Source: an uncultured Spirochaetaceae bacterium
GTDB taxonomy: Bacteria > Spirochaetota > Spirochaetia > SZUA-6 > Fen-1364
Direction: 5' to 3'
Length of the DNA stretch: 64,000 bases
Assembly (NCBI GenBank): GCA_964353885.1
Contig: CAYGXO010000095.1
Location: 488-64,487, forward strand
Shown here piece after piece: positions 1 to 9,051 of this stretch. How positions within the stretch are numbered: position 1 is the stretch's first letter; every line of letters begins with the position of its first letter. The position numbers were made by a program, and so were the translations under genes. The notes beneath the pieces are model-generated. The model was not told the DNA's origin, ran no database searches, and was given only the letters and a program-made list of their open reading frames with translations.

Positions 1-520
1 TCGCCGGATCGCAATTCCCCCCTGTGTCGGGCGGGCTCACCACGACGACGCGCGCGACGCCCGCCACCTGCGCGGGCACGGCCATCATGTACATCGAGGA
101 CGGAAAGCTGCCCTTGCCCCGGGGGGCGTACAGGCCCACCGATGGGATCGGCGTTGAGCGCTCGCCCGCATAGACGCCGGGCCGTATCTCCTTGAGGCTC
201 ATCGCGGCGGGCCGCTGCTCTTCGTGATACCGGCGCACGTTCTCGATCGAGACGCGGATCGCCTCCCTCACGGGCGCGGCGACCGCCTTTTCCGCCTGGT
301 CGAGCTCGGCTTCGGAGACCCGCAGGGGCTTTCCCGCCAGATCCGCGCCGTTGAAGCGCCGGGTGCAGGCGATCAGGGCCGCATCGCCCTGCGATCTCAC
401 CGCATCGATGATCGTGGCGACCTCGGCTTCGACGTCGGAGATGTCGCGTTCCGAGCGGGTGAGGATCTTCCTTTTTTGCTGCTCCGGCAGGGAGCCCCAT
501 GGGAGGATGCGAACCTGCAT
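1..520 (-). CDS. hisD: histidinol dehydrogenase, N-terminal ~173 codons (the rest of the gene lies outside the window)
   Basis: Not in the supplied track because it runs off the edge. My translation of the minus strand from the ATG at 520-518 gives MQVRILPWGSLPEQQKRKILTRSERDISDVEAEVATIIDAVRSQGDAALIACTRRFNGADL...PSVGLYAPRGKGSFPSSMYMMAVPAQVAGVARVVVVSPP. This follows the conserved HisD N-terminal layout (GLYxPGG-like segment, then MxxxPAxVAGV). Confidence 0.8.
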   Translation of the reverse strand, partial: MQVRILPWGSLPEQQKRKILTRSERDISDVEAEVATIIDAVRSQGDAALIACTRRFNGADLAGKPLRVSEAELDQAEKAVAAPVREAIRVSIENVRRYHEEQRPAAMSLKEIRPGVYAGERSTPIPSVGLYAPRGKGSFPSSMYMMAVPAQVAGVARVVVVSPPDTGGNCDPA

Positions 521-552
521 GTCGGCTACTGTACTGTTCGGCGCTGGGGCCG

Positions 553-1242
553 TCAACGGGAAGAGGAAATCACCGACGCGTTCACGAGCATCCAGCTCGC
601 GTACAGGGAGCGGGTCCCGCCGTCGGGCTGTTCGGGGGGCACGTTGTCGACCAGCATGTGAGACACGCAGCAGTTGTTCGACGCGTTGAACAGCGGCATC
701 CAGCTCTTGAGCCCGAGGGTCGAGCGGATGATCCATTGCAGGAACCCGCTGTGCGTCACGGCGAGGATGTTCCTCCTGCCCTCGGCAAACCGCTCGAAGA
801 GCCTGTCCCAGGCTGCCACGGCGCGAGCGTACAGCGCGTCGATGCGCTCGGCGCCCGGTACCCCTTCCCAGCTCTCGCGCAGGAACGCGGCGTACTCAGA
901 CGGGTAGCGTATGCGGACCTCCTCGAGCCTCATGTTGGTGAAGATCCCAATGTCGATCTCGGTGAGCTCCTCCGCGATCCCGACCTGACGGATGCCGACA
1001 GCCTCGGCGATCGCCGCCGCCGTGTCTCGCGCCCTGTCGAGCGGGGAGGAGATGATGCAGTCCAGCGACCGGTCGCGGAACCACAGGCCGGCCTCCCGCG
1101 CCTGCGCCCGCCCCGTCTCCGTCAAGGGCGAGGGGGTCCTCCCCTGCATGATGCGCTCTCTGTTGCTCTCGCTCTCGCCGTGGCGCACGAAGTAGAAGTT
1201 CATCCTCCCGGCGAGGGTCGAGAAATCCACCGCGTCGGCCAT
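553..1242 (-). CDS. histidine phosphatase (PGAM-like) family protein
   Basis: 229 aa, MADAVDFSTLAGRMNFYFVRHGESESNRERIMQGR..., with the RHGE catalytic motif and a distal AVTHSGF histidine. Its ATG overlaps the stop of the upstream GH1 gene (ATGA, 1240-1244). The first ~336 codons of the 565-aa track ORF are an off-frame shadow over the GH1 gene. Confidence 0.85.
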   Translation of the reverse strand: MADAVDFSTLAGRMNFYFVRHGESESNRERIMQGRTPSPLTETGRAQAREAGLWFRDRSLDCIISSPLDRARDTAAAIAEAVGIRQVGIAEELTEIDIGIFTNMRLEEVRIRYPSEYAAFLRESWEGVPGAERIDALYARAVAAWDRLFERFAEGRRNILAVTHSGFLQWIIRSTLGLKSWMPLFNASNNCCVSHMLVDNVPPEQPDGGTRSLYASWMLVNASVISSSR

Positions 1243-2621
1243 CAACCCGCCTCCGTGTCGGGGACGGACTCGATTTCGAGGGCGTTGTTCCTGATGAGGT
1301 CCCGGTACACGCATGCGCTTTTCCGCCACTGGCGCTCCTGCGTGGCGAAATCCGTCCTGAGAAATCCGAAGCGCATCGTGTTGCCGTACGCCCACTCGAA
1401 GTTGTCCATCAGGGTCCAGTGGAAGTATCCCCGGCAGTCCACGCCCTGCTCGATGGCCTTGCCCACCATTGCGATGTGATCGGCGAGGTAGGCGATCCGT
1501 TCGGGGTCGTCCAGGTGGTCCCGTCCCGGGACCTCGGGAAGGGGGTAGCCGTTCTCGGTGATCATGCAGGGAGGATTGCCGTACTCGTCGCGCAGACGCA
1601 GGAGAAAGCGGTAGAGACCCTGGGGGTAGATCTCCCACATTGCGCTGCGCGGAGCCGACGGGTGTTTGTGCTCCTTCGCCCGGGTGAAGGGCGTGAAAGC
1701 GGAGTGCCCGTAGCGGGTGCGCTGATAGTAATTGATGCCGATAAAATCCAACCGCCCCCTGATGCCGGCAGCTTCCTCTTCGAATCGCTTCGGGAAGAAG
1801 CGGCCTACCCGCTGGGCCAGGATCTGAGGGTAGCGGCCGAAGAAGAGGGGATCCATGAATGCGCGGTTGTAGGCGGCGTCCATCAGCCGCGCCGCCTCGA
1901 GGTCCTTGGTCTTGAGCGGATCGCGCGGGGCAATCCAATTCTGGCTCAGGGTGATGCCGATCTTTCCGCTCGGCACGAGGTCGTGGAGCGCCGCCGCGAG
2001 CTTTCGGTGGCCGAGGAGCAGGTGGTGGGAGACGTGGTACAGGGAGCGGAGGTCCCACTTGCGTCCGGGCGGAAAGACACCCAAGACATATCCGAGGCCG
2101 CCGTATTCGAAGGGCTCGTTCAGCGTGATCCAGTTCTTCACCCGATCTCCAAGGCCGCGGAAGAGGGTGGTCCCATACTCCCCAAGTGCGTCGACCGACT
2201 CGCGCGAGACGAACCCTCCCGCCTGCTCCAGCCAGACCGGCATGTCCCAATGGAATATCGTCGCGTAGGGGGTGATGCCGGCTGCGAGCAGCTCGTCGAC
2301 GAGCCGCTCGTAGAAGTCGAGCCCCTTGCGGTTGGGCTTTCCCCGCTCGGGAAAGATCCGCGACCAGGCGATTGAGAACCTGTAGGCCTGCAGTCCGAGA
2401 TCGGCCATCAGCCGGATGTCAGTCCGATATCTGTTGTAATGGTCACAGGCCACGTCCCCCGTGGTCCCGTCGGCGATCCTGCCGCGCCGGTGAGCGAATC
2501 GGTGCCAGTTGGAGGGGACCGCGCCGTCTGCCAGGGGCGACCCCTCGATCTGGTAGGCGGATGTCGCCACGCCCCACTGGAAGCCCGCTGGGAAAGCAAT
2601 CCGCGCCATGGCGCGGAGCAT
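1242..2621 (-). CDS. glycoside hydrolase family 1 beta-glucosidase
   Basis: 459 aa with FPAGFQWGVATSAYQIEG, the acid/base motif ITLNEP and the nucleophile motif ITENG. An alternative ATG lies 4 codons downstream (MARIAF). Confidence 0.92.
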   Translation of the reverse strand: MLRAMARIAFPAGFQWGVATSAYQIEGSPLADGAVPSNWHRFAHRRGRIADGTTGDVACDHYNRYRTDIRLMADLGLQAYRFSIAWSRIFPERGKPNRKGLDFYERLVDELLAAGITPYATIFHWDMPVWLEQAGGFVSRESVDALGEYGTTLFRGLGDRVKNWITLNEPFEYGGLGYVLGVFPPGRKWDLRSLYHVSHHLLLGHRKLAAALHDLVPSGKIGITLSQNWIAPRDPLKTKDLEAARLMDAAYNRAFMDPLFFGRYPQILAQRVGRFFPKRFEEEAAGIRGRLDFIGINYYQRTRYGHSAFTPFTRAKEHKHPSAPRSAMWEIYPQGLYRFLLRLRDEYGNPPCMITENGYPLPEVPGRDHLDDPERIAYLADHIAMVGKAIEQGVDCRGYFHWTLMDNFEWAYGNTMRFGFLRTDFATQERQWRKSACVYRDLIRNNALEIESVPDTEAG

Positions 2622-2663
2622 AGCCCACCGGTCGCCCTGCGTCGAGCGCTCCCTTCGGAAAAC

Positions 2664-2692
2664 TTGACTTCGACGGAGTTCCTCCGTATTTT
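2664..2692 (+). promoter_or_regulatory. candidate sigma-70 promoter for dnaK
   Basis: TTGACT (2664-2669), a 17-nt spacer, then TATTTT (2687-2692), about 130 nt upstream of the dnaK ATG. I saw no CIRCE-like inverted repeat. Confidence 0.4.
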
Positions 2693-2819
2693 TTCCCCAG
2701 ACTGAATGTCACCCGCGGCGCACGCAATTCCGACATGGACCGGTATGGTTCAAGGGGGCGGCTGAAGAGAGAGAAGCGCCCGGCAGGCGGGTGGACGGAA
2801 CCGAAAAGGAGACGAGCAC

Positions 2820-4769
2820 ATGGCGAGAGTGATCGGCATCGACCTCGGAACATCGAACTCGGCGGCGGCGGTCATGGAAGGCGGACGGCCCGTCATCATC
2901 CCGTCGGCCGAAGGGGCCGGCGTGTCCTCGGGCAAGGCATTCCCTTCGTTCGTCGCGTTCACGAAGGATGGCGACAGGCTGGTGGGTGAGCCCGCCCGCC
3001 GGCAGGCGGCGATCAACCCCGACGGCACCATCTATGCGGCCAAGCGGAAGATGGGCACGGACCACAAGTTCCGCACCTTCGGCAAGGAATACACTCCCCA
3101 GCAGATATCAGCGTACATACTACAAAAGATCAAGCAGGACGCGGAGGCATACCTCGGCGACGGCGTGGAAGAGGTCGTCATCACCTGCCCCGCGTACTTC
3201 GACGACAACCAGCGCACCGCCACCAAGGACGCCGGTGAGATCGCGGGGCTGAAGGTGCTGCGCATCATCAACGAGCCCACGGCAGCCTGCCTCGCTTACG
3301 GACTGGAGAAGGCGGGCAAGGAGCTGAAGATCCTCGTGTTCGATTTCGGAGGCGGCACCCTCGACGTGACGATCATGGAGATGTGGAAGGAGGGCGGCTT
3401 CAAGGTCGTCTCCACCAGCGGCGATACGCAGCTGGGCGGAACGGACATGGACAACGTGTTCGTCGACTACATCGAAAAAGAGTTCATGCGCCAGACCGGC
3501 ATCGACCTCAAGAAGGACACGATGGCGACGCAGCGCGTGCGCGAGGCGGCGGAGAAGGCCAAGGTGGAGCTGTCGAGCACCCTCTCCACAGACATCAACC
3601 TCCCGTTCATCACGGCGGATGCGAGCGGGCCGAAGCACCTCACGATGAGCGTCAACAGGGCGAAGCTCGAGGAGCTGATCGCGCCGATCGTCGAGCGCTG
3701 CCGTCACCCCCTGGAGACCGCGCTGCGCGACGCGAAGGGCGCCTTCGCCAAGGACGGCGTGCAGTTCACCGAGAACGGCGCCGAGGTGGACAAGATCATC
3801 ATGGTCGGCGGCCCAACCCGGATGCCCATCGTGCAGAAGTTCGTCGAGGAGTTCTTCGGCAAGAAGATCGAGCGCGGCGTGGACCCCATGGAGTGCGTCG
3901 CTTTGGGCGCGGCGATCCAGGCCGCGATCATCAAGGGCGAGGTCAAGGACGTGCTGCTGCTGGACGTGACCCCGCTCTCTTTGGGCATCGAAACCCTCGG
4001 CGGCGTGAGCACGAAGCTCATCGAGCGAAACACGACGAGCCCGACGCGGAAGAGGGAGATTTTTTCCACCGCGGCCGACAACCAGACCGAGGTCACGATC
4101 CGGGTCCTCCAGGGCGAGCGGCCCATGGCGAACGACAACGTCGAGCTGGGCCGGTTCAACCTCGTCGGCATCCCGCCCGCGCCGCGCGGCGTGCCGCAGG
4201 TCGAGGTGTCCTTCGACATCGACGCGAACGGCATCGTGAGCGTTGCGGCAAAGGACCTGGGGACCGGCAAGCAGCAGTCGATCAAGATCACGGCGCCGAA
4301 GAAACTCTCCAAGGAAGAGATCGAGAAGATGGTGCGCCAGGCCGAGCAGTACGCCACCGACGACGCGAAGAGGAAGGAGGAGGTGGAGGCCGTGAACCAG
4401 GCCGACACCCTCGCGTACTCCGTCGAGAAGTCCCTCAAGGACTACGGCGACAAGGTGAGCCAGGCGGAGCGCGCCGAGATCGAGACGAAGCTCAATGACC
4501 TCAAGACAGCGATCAAAGACAAGAACGTCGATCGGGTCAAGAAGTGCATGGAGGAGCTGACAAAGGCATCCCACAAGCTGGCCGAAGAGATCTACAAGCA
4601 GACCGCGGGCCAGCAGCAGGGAGCGGGACCGCAGCCCGGCGGCCCGGGGCCCGGTGCGGGCCCCGGCGCGCAGGGCAGCGCGGGAGGCGGGGGCAACGGC
4701 GGCCGGCCGAAGGACGACGATGTGATCGACGCCGAGTTCCGCGAAGAGAAGAAGGACGAGAAGAAGTAG
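2820..4769 (+). CDS. dnaK: molecular chaperone DnaK (Hsp70)
   Basis: 649 aa with the Hsp70 signatures [44 protein letters not shown] and [11 protein letters not shown]. It has a G/P-rich linker and an acidic C-terminus. RBS AAAGGAGA lies upstream and the stop is TAG. Confidence 0.97.
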   Translation: MARVIGIDLGTSNSAAAVMEGGRPVIIPSAEGAGVSSGKAFPSFVAFTKDGDRLVGEPARRQAAINPDGTIYAAKRKMGTDHKFRTFGKEYTPQQISAYILQKIKQDAEAYLGDGVEEVVITCPAYFDDNQRTATKDAGEIAGLKVLRIINEPTAACLAYGLEKAGKELKILVFDFGGGTLDVTIMEMWKEGGFKVVSTSGDTQLGGTDMDNVFVDYIEKEFMRQTGIDLKKDTMATQRVREAAEKAKVELSSTLSTDINLPFITADASGPKHLTMSVNRAKLEELIAPIVERCRHPLETALRDAKGAFAKDGVQFTENGAEVDKIIMVGGPTRMPIVQKFVEEFFGKKIERGVDPMECVALGAAIQAAIIKGEVKDVLLLDVTPLSLGIETLGGVSTKLIERNTTSPTRKREIFSTAADNQTEVTIRVLQGERPMANDNVELGRFNLVGIPPAPRGVPQVEVSFDIDANGIVSVAAKDLGTGKQQSIKITAPKKLSKEEIEKMVRQAEQYATDDAKRKEEVEAVNQADTLAYSVEKSLKDYGDKVSQAERAEIETKLNDLKTAIKDKNVDRVKKCMEELTKASHKLAEEIYKQTAGQQQGAGPQPGGPGPGAGPGAQGSAGGGGNGGRPKDDDVIDAEFREEKKDEKK

Positions 4770-4788
4770 TTCGAGTGAGAAAGCGCGA

Positions 4789-4815
4789 GCCCCGGTCAGG
4801 ACCGGGGCTTTTTTC
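4789..4815 (+). terminator. rho-independent terminator after dnaK
   Basis: Hairpin GCCCCGGT-cagg-ACCGGGGC followed by TTTTTT, 20 nt after the dnaK stop. Confidence 0.75.
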
Positions 4816-4836
4816 TGACCCCGAAAGGAGCTCACG

Positions 4837-5736
4837 ATGATCGAGCTTCGCGACGTGCGCAGGAGCTTCGGCGAGCTGAAAGCGGTGGACGGTGTGTCCT
4901 TCCGCACGGGCGAGGGGGAGGTTTTCGGCCTGCTCGGGCCCAATGGGGCGGGCAAGTCGACGACGATCAAGATGATCATGAACATCCTCGCCCCGGATTC
5001 GGGGAGCATCCTCTTCAATGGCGCGCCCATCACCGAGGCGGACAAGGACAGGATCGGCTACCTGCCCGAGGAGCGGGGGCTGTACCGAAAGGTCAGGCTC
5101 GGGGAGATGCTCCTGTACCTCGCCTCGTTGAAGAACGCGGACCCCGCCGTTTCCGCGCGCAGGCTCGATGAGTGGCTTGAGCGCTTCGACCTCGCTCAGT
5201 GGAAATCGCGCAGGCCCGAGGACCTGTCGAAAGGGATGGCGCTCAAGGCGCAGTTCATCGCGGCCGTGCTCCACGATCCCGAGTTCGTCTTCCTCGATGA
5301 GCCGTTCAGCGGGCTCGACCCCGTGAGCACCGACGTGCTGCGCGAGGCGGTGCGGGAGCTGGCGGAAAAGGGCAAGACGATCCTCTTCTCCACGCACAAC
5401 ATGGAGGTTGCCGAGAAGATCTGCTCGCGGATCCTCATCATCGACCATGGCCGCGAGGTCGTGAGCGGCTCACTCGCGGACATCAAGTCCCGCTACGGGA
5501 AAAACTCAGTCTCGGTCGAGTTCGACGGCGATCTCGATGTGCCGAAGCTCTCCCACCTGGTGTCCGCCGTCAGTCGGTTCCCTCGGTACGTGGAGCTGGA
5601 GCTGGCCGAGGGGGCGAGCGCACAGGAGCTGCTCGCCGCGTTGGTCGGGCAGGTGGCGGTGCGCCGATTCGAAGTGCTCGCCCCCTCGCTGCACGGTATC
5701 TTCGTCCAGATCGTGGGCAAAGGAGCGCGGGCATGA
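4837..5736 (+). CDS. ABC transporter ATP-binding protein (ABC-2 / NatA-like)
   Basis: 299 aa with Walker A GPNGAGKST, signature-like LSKGMALK and Walker B FVFLDEPFSGLD. RBS GAAAGGAG lies upstream. Confidence 0.93.
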   Translation: MIELRDVRRSFGELKAVDGVSFRTGEGEVFGLLGPNGAGKSTTIKMIMNILAPDSGSILFNGAPITEADKDRIGYLPEERGLYRKVRLGEMLLYLASLKNADPAVSARRLDEWLERFDLAQWKSRRPEDLSKGMALKAQFIAAVLHDPEFVFLDEPFSGLDPVSTDVLREAVRELAEKGKTILFSTHNMEVAEKICSRILIIDHGREVVSGSLADIKSRYGKNSVSVEFDGDLDVPKLSHLVSAVSRFPRYVELELAEGASAQELLAALVGQVAVRRFEVLAPSLHGIFVQIVGKGARA

Positions 5737-6965
5737 AGAGCAAACTCTGGAAGATCATCCGGATGGAGTTTCGACTCACGGCGGCCAACAAGGCTTTCAT
5801 CGTGCTCACCATTCTCGGGCCGTTCCTGATCGCGGCTGTCACGGTATTGCCCAGCGTCTTCTCGATGAAGGGCGGGCTCGGGGGGAACACCGAGCTGAAG
5901 ATTGCCGTGGTGAACGCGGGACCCGAATACATCGAGCGTCTGCGCTTGCCCCTCGCCCAGAACGGCATCAGGGCTTTCGAGGCCCAGGGAACCACGGCGT
6001 CCCTCGACGCGGAGGTGCTCGCGGGAAGCTTCGACGGCTACTTGGTGCTTCCCGCCGATCTCACTTCGTCGACTCCGGTCCAGTACGTGTCAAAGAATGT
6101 CGCTGATTTCCGCCTCACGGGCATCCTGCAGGGCGTCATCAGCCAGTCCATCATCGCCGCCCGCCTGCTTCAGGCGGGGCTGCCCGCCGAGACGATCGCC
6201 TCGCTCACGCGGCCGCCTCTCGTCGAGATCCGCCAGCTCGCCAAATCCGGCGAAAAGCAGAACAGGGATTTCCTCACCATCCTCATGACCGGCCTCATGC
6301 TCGCGATGGTGCTGTATATGACCACGCTCCTGTACGGCCAGGCCATCGGCCGGTCCGTGCTGACCGAGAAGACATCAAAAACCGTAGAAATCATGCTCTC
6401 CTCCGTGCGTCCTCTGGACCTGATGTTCGGCAAGATCTTCGGGAAGGCCGCGGCAAGCCTGCTGCAGTATGGCCTGTGGGTCTCTCTGACCGTCGTCTTC
6501 ATCAAGGTTTTCGGGCCCCGGCTCGGCCTGAACATCGACTTCGGCGGCAGCCTCTCCCTGCTCGGCTTCCTCGTGCTGTATTTCCTGCTCGCCTTCTTCA
6601 TGTACTGCTCGCTGTACGCGGCGCTCGGGGCTTCCTCGCAGGACGAGCAGCACCTCGGCCAGCTCGCCTGGCCGCTGATCCTCTTCCTCGTGATGCCCAT
6701 CGTCATGATCTCGCCCATCATCATGAGCCCGCATGCCCCGGTCATCGTCGCCATGTCTCTGTTCCCTCTCACGGCGCCCGTGGTCATGTTCCTGCGCATT
6801 GTGGTGGGCGGAGTGCCGGTCTGGCAGATCCTCGCCTCGATCGCCCTCATTCTCGCCACGACGGCGGGGGTCATCGTGCTTTCGGCCAAGATATTCCGCG
6901 TCGGCCTGCTCATGACGGGGAAGCGCTTCAGGCTGGGAGAAGTGCTGCGATGGGTCCGGTACTGA
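5733..6965 (+). CDS. ABC-2 type transporter permease (NatB-like)
   Basis: 410 aa with an N-terminal TM helix, a large extracytoplasmic loop and about 5 C-terminal TM helices. It has an ATGA overlap with the ATPase gene. Confidence 0.85.
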   Translation: MKSKLWKIIRMEFRLTAANKAFIVLTILGPFLIAAVTVLPSVFSMKGGLGGNTELKIAVVNAGPEYIERLRLPLAQNGIRAFEAQGTTASLDAEVLAGSFDGYLVLPADLTSSTPVQYVSKNVADFRLTGILQGVISQSIIAARLLQAGLPAETIASLTRPPLVEIRQLAKSGEKQNRDFLTILMTGLMLAMVLYMTTLLYGQAIGRSVLTEKTSKTVEIMLSSVRPLDLMFGKIFGKAAASLLQYGLWVSLTVVFIKVFGPRLGLNIDFGGSLSLLGFLVLYFLLAFFMYCSLYAALGASSQDEQHLGQLAWPLILFLVMPIVMISPIIMSPHAPVIVAMSLFPLTAPVVMFLRIVVGGVPVWQILASIALILATTAGVIVLSAKIFRVGLLMTGKRFRLGEVLRWVRY

Positions 6966-7056
6966 GACCGGTCCAGAGGAAAAATCTCTCACGGGAAAAG
7001 CCTCCGGCGCCGTGATACATGGTAGGATCGCATCGGAGAAGGCTGTCGGAGGCCCT

Positions 7057-8172
7057 ATGAAGAAGGCATTCCCCCTCGTCGTTGTTATCGCCGTCCTCGC
7101 TTCCCTCGCGGGCTGCGACTTTCTGAAAGGGAGCGTAGACGGGTACACGGTGAGCGGGACGGTTTCGTTCAGCAGCTTCGCGCGCACGGTCGATGGAGAA
7201 CTGTACATCCAACTTTTTTCCACCGTCGATGCAAACGGCGCAGTGGCCGCGGGTATCGCACCTCAAGCCTATTCGGGCGAGCAGCAGGTTTCCTTCGCGA
7301 TTTCAGGCGTCAAGCAGGACGACTACCGCATCCAGGGATTCATCGATAGGAACGCGGACGGCATCTGGGAGGACGGGGAGCCTGTCGGCAGCTACCCGTC
7401 CGATGCGGCGGGTCAACCGGCCCTGATGAGCGTGAAGCAGGACACTGTGATGAACCTCGCGATATGGGCGAATCCTATCCCCATCACGATCGTGTACAGA
7501 ATGGGGATGGACGACGCTCTTGCGGATGCCATCGAGGCTCTGCTCGAGGGCACTCTCACAAGCGTCCCAGGGGTAGTCGGAGTCATGCCTCTGTTTGCGG
7601 TCACGAAGATCAGCGACACAGACATCCCCCCGCTCTGGGACCCCGCGTATGCGCTCGCTGGCAGGCCGATCATCATCACGTCTGGCATCGCACCTGTTCC
7701 CGATCGCTCCCGCAACATTGCGCAGGCTGGGCACGGAATCATCGTTATGGGCTCGGCAGGCGCCCTTTTTCTGGATTTTGTATCCGCGAACTGGTCCGCC
7801 TGGGGTTTTACGGGTCAAGCACCAGTCGATATCGGCTTTGTTGTCAGCATTGCCGGGAGCGCATTCGCCGTGAAAACCCGTGGAACGGCGAGCGGGGCAT
7901 GGAGCTCGCCGTTGCGATCCACCGCCGTTCCGGCCGTTGATGGGGTCATTGTCCCTTTAGCCCCCGCGGCGCTTCTCACCCATGAAGTCGTTGGAGGGGG
8001 AGTCGATCCGGTTGGAGGCACGCTCCTTGCCGAGAATACCACGATTCCGACGCGATTCCCGATCGTCCGCCAGGGCAGGTTCGTCCAGTATGGATTCCAA
8101 CAGCTCGCGGACCTCTCTGACACGGGATCAGTGCTATTCGTGAATCTCGTGAAGCTGATGAGCGCGTACTGA
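7057..8172 (+). CDS. lipoprotein of unknown function
   Basis: MKKAFPLVVVIAVLASLAGC is a signal peptide plus lipobox (LAG|C). The ATG at 7057 was verified. I recognised no family motif in the mature part. Confidence 0.7.
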   Translation: MKKAFPLVVVIAVLASLAGCDFLKGSVDGYTVSGTVSFSSFARTVDGELYIQLFSTVDANGAVAAGIAPQAYSGEQQVSFAISGVKQDDYRIQGFIDRNADGIWEDGEPVGSYPSDAAGQPALMSVKQDTVMNLAIWANPIPITIVYRMGMDDALADAIEALLEGTLTSVPGVVGVMPLFAVTKISDTDIPPLWDPAYALAGRPIIITSGIAPVPDRSRNIAQAGHGIIVMGSAGALFLDFVSANWSAWGFTGQAPVDIGFVVSIAGSAFAVKTRGTASGAWSSPLRSTAVPAVDGVIVPLAPAALLTHEVVGGGVDPVGGTLLAENTTIPTRFPIVRQGRFVQYGFQQLADLSDTGSVLFVNLVKLMSAY

Positions 8173-8243
8173 GGCCGGCCGGACGCTCGGCTTGTTGTGG
8201 ATTTGCCCCGTGCATTCTTCTATACTCGGAGAGGGAGAACCAG

Positions 8244-8579
8244 ATGCCCTTTTCGACGCTTTTCGAGCGTAGAGAGAAAGAGAGAGAGCTCGAGCGGCTG
8301 CGCGTGATCGAGGAGGTCAAGCGCGCCGGTGGGGCTCTTCGGGCGAGGTTCGCGTACGATGAGCTGCTGCTCTTCGGATCGCTCGTATCGGGGAAGTTCG
8401 ATCGTCATTCCGACATCGACCTGGCCGTGAAGGGACTGGCCTCGGAGCACTTTTTCAAGGCCTGTGCTTTCCTCATGCACGAGATTTCGGGGAATCACGA
8501 TCTCGACCTCAAGCCATACGAGGACCTCGACGAGAACCTGCGCCGGAGGATCGATGGGGAGGGTATCCGCATTGGATAG
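8244..8579 (+). CDS. minimal nucleotidyltransferase (MNT/MntA-like, antitoxin-type)
   Basis: 111 aa. LFGSLVSGKFDRHSDIDLAV matches the GSx(10-11)DxD motif of the Pol-beta-type NTase fold. Confidence 0.85.
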   Translation: MPFSTLFERREKERELERLRVIEEVKRAGGALRARFAYDELLLFGSLVSGKFDRHSDIDLAVKGLASEHFFKACAFLMHEISGNHDLDLKPYEDLDENLRRRIDGEGIRIG

Positions 8580-9051
8580 GGATTTGGTGCGTATCCTGGT
8601 CTCGGATATAGGGATCGAGATCGGTCATATCGACATCCTCCTTTCCGAGATCGCCATCGCGATCCGGACGAAGTCCCCGCTCGGCCGCCGGTCGATGGGA
8701 TCGATTCTCCATGATTTCTATACGTGCTGCGAGCGGATTTTCAGACGCATCGCGGTTGAAATGAACGGCGGCTTCGAAGAGACGGAGCAATGGCATAAGA
8801 CGCTCCTCTACAGGATGACCGTTCCCGTGGAGGGAGCTCGACCGCCCGTGCTCTCAGAGGAGCTGGCAGCGGAGCTCGACGAGTACCTCGCGTTCCGCCA
8901 CGTTTTCCGCAATATCTACGGATTCGAGCTGAAGGGCGAAAGGGTTATTCGGTTGTCAGAACGGCTCCCGGAAGTAGCAGGGGGGCTGAAAGACGAGATC
9001 CGCGCCTTCCGAAAGCTTCTGGAAAGAGAGCTCGACGCTTCCTCATCCTGA
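8554..9051 (+). CDS. HEPN-like (HepT-like) partner of the MNT protein
   Basis: About 165 aa and all-helical in appearance. It contains ...SILHDFYTCCERIFRRIAVEM...WHKTLLYRM...YLAFRHVFRNIYGFEL. It overlaps the MNT gene (ATG 8554 or TTG 8572). The family call comes from the motif pattern I recall and from the gene pairing, so the start and family are uncertain. Confidence 0.55.
   Translation: MGRVSALDRDLVRILVSDIGIEIGHIDILLSEIAIAIRTKSPLGRRSMGSILHDFYTCCERIFRRIAVEMNGGFEETEQWHKTLLYRMTVPVEGARPPVLSEELAAELDEYLAFRHVFRNIYGFELKGERVIRLSERLPEVAGGLKDEIRAFRKLLERELDASSS

Noticed and set aside
4600-4700. G/P-rich low-complexity DNA near the dnaK 3' end as a repeat element
   Set aside because: It encodes the usual flexible Gly/Pro/Gln-rich linker of the Hsp70 C-terminus and is not an independent repeat.
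4767-4769. Genome-wide TAG reassignment as the explanation for the in-frame TAG at 55680-55682
   Set aside because: dnaK terminates at a TAG at its expected C-terminus (...EEKKDEKK*), so TAG functions as a stop in this genome.
3120-5045. 641-aa minus-strand ORF opposite dnaK and the ABC ATPase gene
   Set aside because: It is antisense to two genes with unmistakable motifs. Its composition (R, G, A, L, V, H, D runs) is that of a high-GC shadow frame, and I saw no motifs.
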